Source of the DNA: Myxococcota bacterium
GTDB taxonomy: Bacteria > Myxococcota_A > UBA796 > CAJQPC01
DNA: 64,000 nt
NCBI GenBank assembly: GCA_036229005.1
Contig: JAZAMN010000003.1
Span: 64,001-128,000 of the forward strand
Direction: 5' to 3'
In this document: one piece after another, positions 49,636-58,629 of the stretch
How the letters are laid out: each line of letters begins with the position of its first letter
Numbering within the stretch: the stretch's first letter is position 1
Notes under the pieces: generated by a model
Database searches by the model: none
Seen by the model: the letters and a program-made list of their open reading frames with translations, nothing else
Told to the model about the DNA's origin: nothing
Made by a program: the position numbers and the translations under genes

Positions 49636-50454
49636 ATGCCCCTGGACCCCGACGCCATCAGCGCCTCCCTCGCCTCCATGGCCCAGAGCGATGTCGCCCG
49701 CAAGCGCGGCAAGCACCTCAAGCCCTTCCGAGGCCTGCGCGGCACCCCGATCCCCGCCACCACGCGCCTTCTGGCCAGCCTGTGGCGCAAGGACCTCAGC
49801 TTCGAGCAGGACGGAGAGGCCCTCCACGCCCTCTTCTGCACCGCCCACGAGGACGGCCTGGTCGCCATCGGCCTCACCGCCGCCCTGGTCCCGGACGACG
49901 CCATGGGCGCGCTGGAGATGGTGGACCGCTGGCAGGAGATGATCGACGACACCGAGACGGCGGACTTCCTGGGCTGGATGGTCCTGGGCCCTGCCCTGAT
50001 GGCCTCCGGTGAGCCCGTGGCCCAGAGCCTCGCCGCCTACCGGGACGACGAGAACTGGGGCGCCCGCCGCATGGCCCTGATGGCCGGCCTGGCCCTGATG
50101 CCCATCGCGCTCCAGGGGGCCTGCGCCGCCGCGCTCCGTCAGCGCATGGGGATCCCCCGCCTGCAGTTCGTGGCGGAGCCCCAGGGCCCGGCCATCGAGG
50201 GCCTCCTGGACGCCTACGTGCGCGACGACAACCCCCGGGTCCGCAAGGCCTTCATCCGGGTCGCCCGGAGCTGGGCCGAGTACGAGCCCCTGGCCTGCGA
50301 GGCCTGGATCGGCACGGTCAAGGGGGGCATGCCCAAGCGCCTGCGCGAAGAGCTGGAGCGGGGCATCCGAAAGGGCAAGCGAAACGCCCGTCGGGCGGCC
50401 GAGGCTGCGCTGCTGGAGCAGGCCGAGAGCGCCCAGGACGAGGCCTCGAGCTGA
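49636..50454 (+). CDS. HEAT-repeat protein, DNA alkylation repair (AlkD)-like
   Basis: LRGTPIPA, DDTETADFL, ENWGARR, VRKA, RLREELE resemble the AlkD-like pattern. Confidence 0.6.
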   Translation: MPLDPDAISASLASMAQSDVARKRGKHLKPFRGLRGTPIPATTRLLASLWRKDLSFEQDGEALHALFCTAHEDGLVAIGLTAALVPDDAMGALEMVDRWQEMIDDTETADFLGWMVLGPALMASGEPVAQSLAAYRDDENWGARRMALMAGLALMPIALQGACAAALRQRMGIPRLQFVAEPQGPAIEGLLDAYVRDDNPRVRKAFIRVARSWAEYEPLACEAWIGTVKGGMPKRLREELERGIRKGKRNARRAAEAALLEQAESAQDEASS

Positions 50455-50588
50455 GTCCAGGGCTGGCCTCTGGGGCCTTCGCCTCAAGGCCTGATCAAAA
50501 ACAATGTGTGACATCGCACGCCGCTTGCCGGGGGGCGATAGGGGCACATGTCAATCCTGAAAAGGCCACATCCAAGCTGGAGCGCAGC

Positions 50589-51074
50589 ATGTACGCCGTG
50601 AAGAAGATCCTGGTTCCCATTGATTTCTCGGACACCTCCCGCGCCGCCCTCTCCGCGGCCCTGCAGATCGCTTCCCTGAACGAGGGCGCTGAGCTCTTCG
50701 TGCTCCACGTCGAGGGTGGCATGGAGGACGACGTCGACCAGGGCTCCTCCGAGGCCGCCGACGCCCTCCAGCAGATCGAGACCGACGAGGCCGCCATCCT
50801 GGAGGCCGTTGAGCTCGAGCGCTCCCGCTGCGCCGAAGGTGGCCGCACCCTGCCCAAGATCTCCGTGACCCCCCGCGTCGCCGGCGGTGAGTGGAAGGAG
50901 GTCGCCACCCAGATGGTGGACGAGCTCCAGATCGACCTCATCGTGACCGCCACCCACGGACCCAAGGGCCTCAAGGAGCGCATCCTGGGCGCCGACTCCC
51001 AGCGCCTGCTGGGCATGGTCACCTGCTCCGTGATGGTCGTGAAGCCCAAGGGCTACCCCTACCTGCGCGACTGA
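50589..51074 (+). CDS. Universal stress protein (UspA family)
   Basis: KKILVPIDFS, DLIVTATHG, ILG, CSVMVVK. Confidence 0.92.
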   Translation: MYAVKKILVPIDFSDTSRAALSAALQIASLNEGAELFVLHVEGGMEDDVDQGSSEAADALQQIETDEAAILEAVELERSRCAEGGRTLPKISVTPRVAGGEWKEVATQMVDELQIDLIVTATHGPKGLKERILGADSQRLLGMVTCSVMVVKPKGYPYLRD

Positions 51075-51077
51075 TCG

Positions 51078-51965
51078 GTGGCCCTCGGAGCGCGTCGACT
51101 GCGCGCGGTCCAGGCTGGCCTGGAGCAGCTCTACGCCCAGACCGACTTCGGCGCGCGGCTGCTCCAGGACCCCGTCGCGGCGGTACACCGCTACCAGGAT
51201 CCCCTGGACCAGGAGCTGGCCGGGTTCATCTCGGCCTGCTTTGCCTACGGGCGCGTGAGCGCCTTCCAGCCCGTGGTCGCCCGGATCCTGGACTGGCTGG
51301 ACACCCAAGGGGGACCTCGCCTGGCCCTGGAGCGGCTGGATCTGGAGCAGGCCCATCAAGCCCTGGGCGGTGTGGGCTATCGCTTCTCGAAGGGGCCAGA
51401 TCTGATCCTCCTCCTCTTGGCTCTGCACCGCACGCTCGATCGGTGGGGGAGCCTCTGTGCACTCGCTGGCGCCGGCGAGGCCAGGCTGGTGCTGTCCAAG
51501 CTGGTCGACGGGCTGCGCTGGGCAGCCCTGGATCAGGCCCCCAGGCTGCACATCCAGGCGCAGGCCGCCGCGGAGCTCCCTGCTGGCTTACGCTACTGGA
51601 TGAACCACCCGGAGAGCGGGTCGGCCTGCAAGCGCTTGAACATGTTCCTGCGCTGGATGGTGCGGCCTCCCACCGAGGGGCTGGACCTGGGCATCTGGAC
51701 CCAGGTGGACCCGGCCGCGCTGGTCATCCCCGTGGACACCCACGTGCTGCGCACCGCGCGCTTTCTGGGCCTGCACAGCGGCAAGAGCGGGAACTGGCGG
51801 GCGGCCGAGAGCATCACGGCGCAGCTCCGCCGCATGGACCCGGTGGACCCCGTCCGCTATGACTTTGCCATCGCGCACCTGGGGATCTCGGGCGCCTGCA
51901 AGGGCAAGCGAGACCCGGAGCTCTGCCCCGTCTGCCCCCTGAACCGAGTCTGCAAGCCCCAATGA
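51078..51965 (+). CDS. TIGR02757/DUF2400 family (HhH-GPD-like) protein with C-terminal Cys cluster
   Basis: DPV, FAYGRV, SACKRLNMFLRWMVR, IPVDTHV, DPVRYDFAI; C-x8-C-x2-C-x5-C tail. Confidence 0.9.
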   Translation: MALGARRLRAVQAGLEQLYAQTDFGARLLQDPVAAVHRYQDPLDQELAGFISACFAYGRVSAFQPVVARILDWLDTQGGPRLALERLDLEQAHQALGGVGYRFSKGPDLILLLLALHRTLDRWGSLCALAGAGEARLVLSKLVDGLRWAALDQAPRLHIQAQAAAELPAGLRYWMNHPESGSACKRLNMFLRWMVRPPTEGLDLGIWTQVDPAALVIPVDTHVLRTARFLGLHSGKSGNWRAAESITAQLRRMDPVDPVRYDFAIAHLGISGACKGKRDPELCPVCPLNRVCKPQ

Positions 51966-52624
51966 AGAAGCGCATCCTGGACCGCCTCCGCAAGCTCTCC
52001 GGCGCACCGGAGGCAGCGGGCGGCGCCTGGACGCCGCGGCTGCAGGAGCTCTGGCCCGAGCTGGAACCCCAGGCAGGGGGCCAGGGCGAGCTGCTGGCCG
52101 CGGCAGTCACCGCCACCTGGGAGGTGGGGCTGGCCGACCTGGGCCGCGCACTGCGCGCCAAGCACCCGGACCACGCCAAGGCCGTGGTGGAGCGCACCAG
52201 CGACGCGCTGGTCCCGCTGCTCACCCCCGTCCAGGCTCTGAGCACGGAGCTGGAGGCGTGCATCCGCCAAGGCGGGACCCAGGCGCAGCAGAGCGGCCAG
52301 CTCCTGGACGCCGCAGCGCCGACGGTGGCGCTGCTGCGGGACATTGGACCTCGCCTGCACCAAGGGTGGACGCAGTTGGTGGACTACCTGGAGTTGCCAG
52401 TGGGTGAGAGCGCCCGGTCCGGACTCCACGCCATCGGTCCTCTCCTGGAGCAGGAGGCCGACGCGTTGGCGGTGGCCTTTCACCGGGACTGCGCCCGGCT
52501 CCCCCAGGAGGAGCTCCCGGAGCTGGCGCTGATGGGCGCTCTGGACACCTGGCGGCGGGCTCAGGCACGCTCGCTGGAGATGAACCTCTACCAGGCCCGG
52601 ACGCTGCTGCTCGCGGCGCTCTGA
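51962..52624 (+). CDS. Hypothetical helical protein
   Basis: ATGA overlap with the TIGR02757 gene; helix-rich composition. Confidence 0.7.
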   Translation: MKKRILDRLRKLSGAPEAAGGAWTPRLQELWPELEPQAGGQGELLAAAVTATWEVGLADLGRALRAKHPDHAKAVVERTSDALVPLLTPVQALSTELEACIRQGGTQAQQSGQLLDAAAPTVALLRDIGPRLHQGWTQLVDYLELPVGESARSGLHAIGPLLEQEADALAVAFHRDCARLPQEELPELALMGALDTWRRAQARSLEMNLYQARTLLLAAL

Positions 52625-52649
52625 GCGCGACATTGTGCTCGGCGCTCAG
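52621..52649. terminator. Hairpin between convergent stop codons
   Basis: CTGAGCGCGA…TCGGCGCTCAG inverted repeat. Confidence 0.4.
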
Positions 52650-53164
52650 GTCGGGGGCTGGAGGCTGAGCAGGTAGTCGAGCAGGGCCTCTCGCTGCTCG
52701 GGGGCCAGCAGCTCGTCAAAGGGCAGGTCGTGGCGCGTGCCGATGGCCGCGTCCAGCTCAGCTCGCGTACCGCCGCCGACAAGCCACTCTCCATCATCCA
52801 GCGCGGGGGCCATCCCGCCGCTGCCCAGGGGACCATGGCAGTCCGCGCAGAGCTGCTGGTAGCTGCCCTCGCCCAGGGGCATGGCCTGGAGCTGCACCTG
52901 GGGCAGGGGAGGGCGAAGCGCCACGATGACCACCGTGGCCAACACCGCAGCGGGCAGGCCGACCATCAAGACCCGGGGGACCTTGAGGCCGGCCCACTGG
53001 GCCATCAACACGATGAGGCCCACGCCCAGGCCCAGCCGTCCCGCGCCCAGGGCAGCGCGGGTCTGCTGCCGCAGGTCGAAGAGCCCCAGCTCGGGCGCGG
53101 CCTGCAGGACGCTGAGGGCCAGGATGCCAGACACCAGGGCCAGCGCTGGCCAGAAGCGCTTCAA
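52646..53164 (-). CDS. Membrane-anchored monoheme cytochrome c
   Basis: TTG start overlapping the upstream TGA; three hydrophobic segments; YQQLCADCHG…APAL. Confidence 0.75.
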   Translation of the reverse strand: MKRFWPALALVSGILALSVLQAAPELGLFDLRQQTRAALGAGRLGLGVGLIVLMAQWAGLKVPRVLMVGLPAAVLATVVIVALRPPLPQVQLQAMPLGEGSYQQLCADCHGPLGSGGMAPALDDGEWLVGGGTRAELDAAIGTRHDLPFDELLAPEQREALLDYLLSLQPPT

Positions 53165-53385
53165 ATGAAGCTCTCCAGGACGGTGGGGTCCCGGGTCACG
53201 AGCAGCACCCCCTTGCAGACGCGGCAAGAGAAGGTGAGCTTGATGGGCGCGGTGCTGACCCCCATGAAGAGGGACCAGAAGGTGCCCCACCCGTTGTAGG
53301 TGGGCTCTGGGCTGACCATGACGTGGTCTACAGAGTGACCACAGCGGCAGGTTTTGCCTGCCGCTGCGTCGATGACCTTCGCCAT
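53161..53385 (-). CDS. Small Cys-rich protein (CxCxH…hydrophobic stretch…CxxC)
   Basis: TCRCGH…WGTFWSLFMGVS…FSCRVC; downstream of the oxidase genes on the same strand. Confidence 0.7.
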   Translation of the reverse strand: MAKVIDAAAGKTCRCGHSVDHVMVSPEPTYNGWGTFWSLFMGVSTAPIKLTFSCRVCKGVLLVTRDPTVLESFI

Positions 53386-53419
53386 GGCGTCCTTTCTGAG
53401 GGAAGCCATGTGGGGGACT

Positions 53420-54082
53420 CTACTTGACGGTCTTGATGTACTCGATGAGGGCGTCAGCGTCCTCTTCGGTCACACCAGCGACGACCATGGAGGGCGGGTA
53501 GTCCTTCACGATCTTGGCCATGGGCTCCAGGATGGACTCCTTGAGGTACTCCTCGTTGACCTCGACGGTGGAACCGTCTTCCAGGTTCTCCGTCTTGCCG
53601 TACAGACCCTGGAAGGTGGGCCCGACGAGCTTGGAGCCGTCCAGGCTGTGGCAGCCCGCGCAGCCCTTGGAGGTGTAGAGGGCCGCGCCGAGCTCGGCTC
53701 CGGACAGGTTGGCCTGCTCCTCTTCGGTGGCCATCTGGGCGATGGCCGCGTCCATGCGCTGCTCGAAGTTGCCCGTCACGCCCAGCACCCGGTCGCGGGA
53801 GCTCAGGTCCACCATCGTGAAGATGAAGAACACGGCCATGAACCAGAAGCTGGCGCCGAACATGAAGATGTTGAACTTGCGGTCATACTTGAGGTGCATG
53901 AACCAGGTGGCGACCAGGGTGGCCTTGACCAAGGCCACGGCCATGGCGGCCACGATGGAGAGGACAGGGGGCAGGCCCAGCTGGGACACCGCCACGGTCA
54001 CCACCGTCAGGACCAAGAGGCTGCCGTAGACAGCGAAGTAGGTCTTGAGGGGCATGATGTGATGCTCGTGCGCGCTCATCAC
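53420..54082 (-). CDS. ctaF: Cytochrome c oxidase subunit IV fused to a cytochrome c domain
   Basis: YFAVYGSLLVLT…KATLVATWFMHLKYD; C-terminal GCAGCHSLDG…PSM. Confidence 0.88.
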   Translation of the reverse strand: MMSAHEHHIMPLKTYFAVYGSLLVLTVVTVAVSQLGLPPVLSIVAAMAVALVKATLVATWFMHLKYDRKFNIFMFGASFWFMAVFFIFTMVDLSSRDRVLGVTGNFEQRMDAAIAQMATEEEQANLSGAELGAALYTSKGCAGCHSLDGSKLVGPTFQGLYGKTENLEDGSTVEVNEEYLKESILEPMAKIVKDYPPSMVVAGVTEEDADALIEYIKTVK

Positions 54083-54762
54083 TTCACCAGGTAGAGGAGG
54101 GGGAAGAGGACGATCCAGATGAGATCGACGAGGTGCCAGTAGAGGCCGACGTTCTCAACGAAGCCGTAGTTCTGCTCGTTGAAGTCGTCCTTCATGGCGC
54201 GCCAGGTGAGGTAGCCGATGAGCCCCACACCGATGAGCACGTGCAGTCCGTGGACGCCGGTCATCATGAAGTAGACCGAGAAGAAGACCTGGGGCGCGTT
54301 GTGCACGGCCTCGATGGGGTCCAGGGTCTGGTAGCTGTACAGCGCACCAGGCACCAGGCCCTCGTGGATCTTGTGGTTGTACTCGGTGAACTTGATGGCC
54401 ATGAACACCAGCGCGAGCACGTTGGTGATGACCAGCATCTGGATGAGCAGCTTCTTGTTGCTGGTCTGCGCAGCCCGCACGGCCAGGGCCATGGTGAGGC
54501 TGGAGGTCAGCAGCGCCACGGTGTTCACCGCGCCCAGCTTCCAGTCCAGGTGGAGGTAGGCCTCCTGGAAGGTGTCCGGGTAGAAGAAGCGCATGGAGAT
54601 GTAGGCCATGAACAGGCCGCCGAAGAACAGGAGCTCCTGAACCAGGAAGAGCCACATGCCCATCTTGACGGCGTCATCCTGCTGGAACTTGTCCAGGAAG
54701 TGATGGGCCAGGTAGGGATTGCGCTCAGCGTGTGCTGCAGCGCCACCTTCGTTCTGATGCAT
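54079..54762 (-). CDS. ctaE: Cytochrome c oxidase subunit III
   Basis: GMWLFLVQE, NTVALLTSS, TGVHGLHV, GLYWHLVDLIW. Confidence 0.95.
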   Translation of the reverse strand: MHQNEGGAAAHAERNPYLAHHFLDKFQQDDAVKMGMWLFLVQELLFFGGLFMAYISMRFFYPDTFQEAYLHLDWKLGAVNTVALLTSSLTMALAVRAAQTSNKKLLIQMLVITNVLALVFMAIKFTEYNHKIHEGLVPGALYSYQTLDPIEAVHNAPQVFFSVYFMMTGVHGLHVLIGVGLIGYLTWRAMKDDFNEQNYGFVENVGLYWHLVDLIWIVLFPLLYLVK

Positions 54763-54816
54763 TTGTTGTCTGCCTCTAGAGGGCGATGAGAGGGGAGGGG
54801 GGCTCAGGCCGAAGCC

Positions 54817-56460
54817 TCAAGCCTCCACATCGATCTCGTCGAAGTCGTAGGGGCCACGCTCGCAGACGGGCAGGCCGTGGAAGTTGTGCTCGATGGGCGG
54901 AGTGGCCGCCTCCCACTCGAGGCTCACAGCGTTCCAAGGGTTGTGCGGGGCCTTCTCGCCCTTCACGAGGCTGTGAATCAAGTAGAAGAGGATGATGAAC
55001 AGGGCCAGGCCGAAGATGAACGAGCCGATGGTGGAGGCCTGCATCCAGACCTCGAACTCGGGCACGTACTGGTGGTAGCGGCGGGGCATGCCCTGGGTAC
55101 CGGCGACGAACTGGGGGAAGAAGGTCAGGTTGTAGCCGATGAAGGCCAGCCAGAAGGTGGCCTTGCCGATGGTCTCGTTGAACATCTTGCCGGTCATCTT
55201 GGGCCACCAGTGGTGCATGGCCGTGATGAGGGCGAAGAGGGTTCCACCCATCATGACGTAGTGGAAGTGAGCGACCACGAAGTAGGTGTCGTGGAGGTGC
55301 ACGTCCGTCGCCATGGTGGCCAGGAACAGACCCGTGAGGCCGCCGATCAGGAAGATCCAGATGAAGCCCAGGGTGTACATCATGACCGTGTTCCACCGGA
55401 TGGAGCCCTTCCAGAGGGTCGCGATCCAGGAGAAGTTCTTGATGGCGGTGGGGATGGCCACGCCGAAGGTCAGGAAGGAGAAGATCGCGCCCTGCAGCTC
55501 AGACTGGCCGGACACGAACATGTGGTGGCCCCAGATGAGGAAGCCGACGGCCGCGATGGCGACCGAGGAGCCCGCGATGGCCATGTAGCCAAAGATGTGC
55601 TTGCGGCTGTGCACCGAGACGGTCTCGGAGATGACGCCGAAGGCGGGGAGCACCATCACGTACACGACGGGGTGGCTGTAGAACCAGAAGAAGTGCTGGA
55701 AGAGCACGGGGTCGCCGCCCAGGGCGGGGTCGAAGATGCCGATGCCCAGAGCCTTCTCGAACATGAGGAGGAAGAGGGTGATGGCGATGACCGGGGTGGC
55801 GAGGACCTGGATGACCGAGGTCGCGTAGAGCGCCCACAGCATCAGGGGCATCTTCCGCCAGGTCTGACCGGGGGCACGCATCTTGTGGATGGTGACGATG
55901 AAGTTCAGGCCGGTCAGGATGGAGGAGAAGCCCAGGATGAACGCACCCGTGAGGGTGGTCACCACGGAGCCGCTGGCGTGGTCGCTGGAGTAGGGGGTGT
56001 AGAAGGTCCAGCCGGTGTCCACGCCGCCCGTGATGAGGGTGAAGACCAGGAAGGCTGCGCCCAGCACGTAGATCCAGAAGCTCGCGAGGTTGAGCTTGGG
56101 GAAGGCCACGTCCTTCTGTCCCAGCATCAGCGGCAACACGAAGTTGCCGATGGAGGCGGGGATGGCGGGCACCAGCACGAGGAAGACCATGATGGCCCCG
56201 TGCAGGGTGAACAGCTTGTTGTAGGTGTTGGCGGTGAACAGGTCACCCGCGGGGGTGAACAGCTCGGCGCGGATCATGAGGGCGATGATGCCGCCCGCCA
56301 TGAAGAACGTCAGGATGGTGCCCAGGTACATCACCCCGATCCGCTTGTGATCGAGGGTGAGCAGCCAACTCTTGAGGCCCTTGGTGGCGTTCAGGTAGTT
56401 GACCTCTGGGGTGAGATCGTTCTCAGGATGCGCGTAGGTGTTTGCGGTCTGGGGCTTCAC
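54817..56460 (-). CDS. ctaD: Cytochrome c oxidase subunit I, type A2
   Basis: [25 protein letters not shown] (YS motif of A2), [19 protein letters not shown]. Confidence 0.97.
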   Translation of the reverse strand: MKPQTANTYAHPENDLTPEVNYLNATKGLKSWLLTLDHKRIGVMYLGTILTFFMAGGIIALMIRAELFTPAGDLFTANTYNKLFTLHGAIMVFLVLVPAIPASIGNFVLPLMLGQKDVAFPKLNLASFWIYVLGAAFLVFTLITGGVDTGWTFYTPYSSDHASGSVVTTLTGAFILGFSSILTGLNFIVTIHKMRAPGQTWRKMPLMLWALYATSVIQVLATPVIAITLFLLMFEKALGIGIFDPALGGDPVLFQHFFWFYSHPVVYVMVLPAFGVISETVSVHSRKHIFGYMAIAGSSVAIAAVGFLIWGHHMFVSGQSELQGAIFSFLTFGVAIPTAIKNFSWIATLWKGSIRWNTVMMYTLGFIWIFLIGGLTGLFLATMATDVHLHDTYFVVAHFHYVMMGGTLFALITAMHHWWPKMTGKMFNETIGKATFWLAFIGYNLTFFPQFVAGTQGMPRRYHQYVPEFEVWMQASTIGSFIFGLALFIILFYLIHSLVKGEKAPHNPWNAVSLEWEAATPPIEHNFHGLPVCERGPYDFDEIDVEA

Positions 56461-56469
56461 AATCAAACC

Positions 56470-57465
56470 TCAGTTCAGGGTCTTGAGGTAGTCGATGAGG
56501 GCGTTGACTTCTTCGTCGCTGAGCTGCCCCTCGAAGGGAGGCATGGAGGGCGCGAAGCCGTCGACGACCTTGGTCGCCGGAGCGAGGATGGACTCCCGCA
56601 GGTAGTTCTCGTCGACCGTGATGGTCTCACCGGTGCTGAGCTTCTCCTCGCGGCCCATGACACCCTTGAGGGTGGGGCCGACCAGGGGGGAGCCGTCGAC
56701 GCTGTGGCAGCCGTTGCAGGCCTTCTTCTCGAAGAGGTGCTCGCCCAGGGCCACGCCGGTCAGGCTGCCGGCGGCCTCGGCCTCGGCCTTCTGGCCATCG
56801 ACCCAGGCGTCGAACTCGGCGGGGGGGACCACCTTGACGGTGTTCAGCATCACGCTGTGGCCGTCACCGCAGTACTCGGTGCAGAAGATGTGGTGCTCGC
56901 CGGGCTCGGGAGCGTTGAACCACACCACGGAGTAGCGGCCGGGGATGACGTCCTTCTTGACCCGGAAGTCGGGCACGTAGAAGGAGTGCAGCACGTCCTT
57001 GGAGTTCATGGTCAGCCGGACGTTGGTGCCGGCGGGGACCACGAGCTCGGAGCCGGTGATGCCCTCGTGGGGGTACTCGAAGTTCCACTTCCACTTCTCG
57101 CCGACGACGCGGATGTCGTAGCTGTCAGCGGGGGGGATGGCGCCCTCAACATACACCCGGAAGCCGGTCACGAAGATCGCGACGGCCAGGATGGTGGGGA
57201 CGACGGCCCAGACCAGCTCGAGGCTGTGGCTGCCCCGGGAGGGGTGGGTCTTCTCGCCTTCCTGCTTCTGCTTGTACTTGAAGGCGAAGAAGATGACCGC
57301 GCCCATCATCAACACGAAGAAGACGATGTCGATGTAGTAGATGAAGTAGAAGACCTTGTCCACGTCTGCGGCGACGGTGGAGGCCTGAGGGGGCATCCAG
57401 AAGGTGCCCCCTTCGGCTGCAGCGGCCATGCCTGCGCCCAGGAGTGGGAGGAGGAGGGAGTTCAT
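56470..57465 (-). CDS. ctaC: Cytochrome c oxidase subunit II with C-terminal cytochrome c (caa3-type)
   Basis: DVLHSF, CuA motif CTEYCGDGHSVM, heme motif CNGCH. Confidence 0.96.
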   Translation of the reverse strand: MNSLLLPLLGAGMAAAAEGGTFWMPPQASTVAADVDKVFYFIYYIDIVFFVLMMGAVIFFAFKYKQKQEGEKTHPSRGSHSLELVWAVVPTILAVAIFVTGFRVYVEGAIPPADSYDIRVVGEKWKWNFEYPHEGITGSELVVPAGTNVRLTMNSKDVLHSFYVPDFRVKKDVIPGRYSVVWFNAPEPGEHHIFCTEYCGDGHSVMLNTVKVVPPAEFDAWVDGQKAEAEAAGSLTGVALGEHLFEKKACNGCHSVDGSPLVGPTLKGVMGREEKLSTGETITVDENYLRESILAPATKVVDGFAPSMPPFEGQLSDEEVNALIDYLKTLN

Positions 57466-58301
57466 GCGCGTGCGCTCCGAGATTCGTCTTGACGGCTGTC
57501 TCGCCGCTTCCGCTCGCGACGCCAGAGCACCGCTCCCAGACTGCCCATCGCAATCAGGGTGGCGACGCCCCCCAGGCGCATCACGCCCAGGGCTGCCGGG
57601 GTGTACTCGCCGGTGCTGTCGTCGTAGCGGAAGCAGCTCAAGATGAGCTTGTCCACTGGTGAACCCGTGCGTCCCTGGCTCGCCTCCATGAGGGCGAACT
57701 TGAGGTCACGGGAGGGGTAGGTGATTCCGTAGAGGTAGCGGGCCACGTAGCCCTCGGGGGCCAGGAAGGTCAGCACCGCAGGGTGCGCCCACTGTCCCGA
57801 GGTCTCGTCGTAGGCGTAGGAGAAGCCCACGGAGCTGGCCAGCGCCTGGATCTGGTCCTCTTCCCCGGTGAGGAAGTGCCACTCGATGTCGCCCTTACCG
57901 AGGCTGGACAGGTAGCTGGCGCGCTTGTTGGCGGCCAGCTCCGGTCCCTCCGAGGGGTCGATGGAGACGGTGACGATGCGGAACTCCTGTCCCGCGGTCC
58001 AGTCCAGATCCCGCAGACCCGCCAGCAGCCCGTTGAGTTGGGTGCTGCAGAGGGTCTCGCAGGTGTAGTAGTTCAGGGTCAGCAGGACGGGCTTGCCGTC
58101 CGCGAAGTAGTCCCCCATGGTCACAGCCTTGCCGGTGTGGTCCATGAAGCGGAGCTCCGGATCCACGCTCTGGCTGAGCTGCTCCACCACCGTGGAGGCG
58201 GCGTAGCCGTCGGGGACGTTTGCGTTTTCAGCGCGCGCACCACCAGACATCCCGGCCACGGCCAGGGTGCTGAAGAGGAGTGCGGGCAGAAGACGCATCA
58301 T
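57462..58301 (-). CDS. SCO1/SenC copper chaperone
   Basis: YYTCETLC (CxxxC), VSIDP, WHFLTG, WAHP; C-terminal TM helix. Confidence 0.92.
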   Translation of the reverse strand: MMRLLPALLFSTLAVAGMSGGARAENANVPDGYAASTVVEQLSQSVDPELRFMDHTGKAVTMGDYFADGKPVLLTLNYYTCETLCSTQLNGLLAGLRDLDWTAGQEFRIVTVSIDPSEGPELAANKRASYLSSLGKGDIEWHFLTGEEDQIQALASSVGFSYAYDETSGQWAHPAVLTFLAPEGYVARYLYGITYPSRDLKFALMEASQGRTGSPVDKLILSCFRYDDSTGEYTPAALGVMRLGGVATLIAMGSLGAVLWRRERKRRDSRQDESRSARA

Positions 58302-58510
58302 CGGGGGACTGCACCCTCGATGCGCTCGCTGTAGCCCTTGGAGATCATCTCCTGGTCGACGATGTGGTCGAAGTAGAAGACGGTGAAGCCGACCATGTGG
58401 ATGACCACGAAGGTCAACGCGGCGGCCAGGCCGACCAGCATCTTCACGGGCACGTCGTCCGGCTCGTAGCCCTGACCGACGTCCGCAGAGGGGGCGTGGT
58501 TGTCACTCAT
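58298..58510 (-). CDS. Small single-TM protein, ActG-like by position
   Basis: GYEPDD followed by a TM helix; ATGA overlap with sco. Confidence 0.7.
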   Translation of the reverse strand: MSDNHAPSADVGQGYEPDDVPVKMLVGLAAALTFVVIHMVGFTVFYFDHIVDQEMISKGYSERIEGAVPR

Positions 58511-58540
58511 GTCCGGGAATCCTGGGCTGGGTCAGCCGCG

Positions 58541-58557
58541 TGCGACGAATCGTCGCA
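58541..58557. promoter_or_regulatory. Perfect palindrome, candidate RegA/RegR-type box or RNA hairpin
   Basis: TGCGACGA-A-TCGTCGCA (GCGAC-N5-GTCGC), 30 nt upstream of the first gene of the oxidase operon. Confidence 0.5.
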
Positions 58558-58629
58558 TCCACGGCTGGCGGGGAGTGTAGCTAATGAAGTGGGAAGGGGG
58601 GTTCAACGCTGCCAAGCCGGGCGCTGGGC

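Noticed and set aside
47073..49952. 959-aa PBP and other N-terminally extended track ORFs (5174, 11965, 14351, 43637, 60495, 60788, 61587)
   Set aside because: The extensions overlap neighbouring genes or lack family similarity; downstream starts with an RBS or stop/start overlap fit better.
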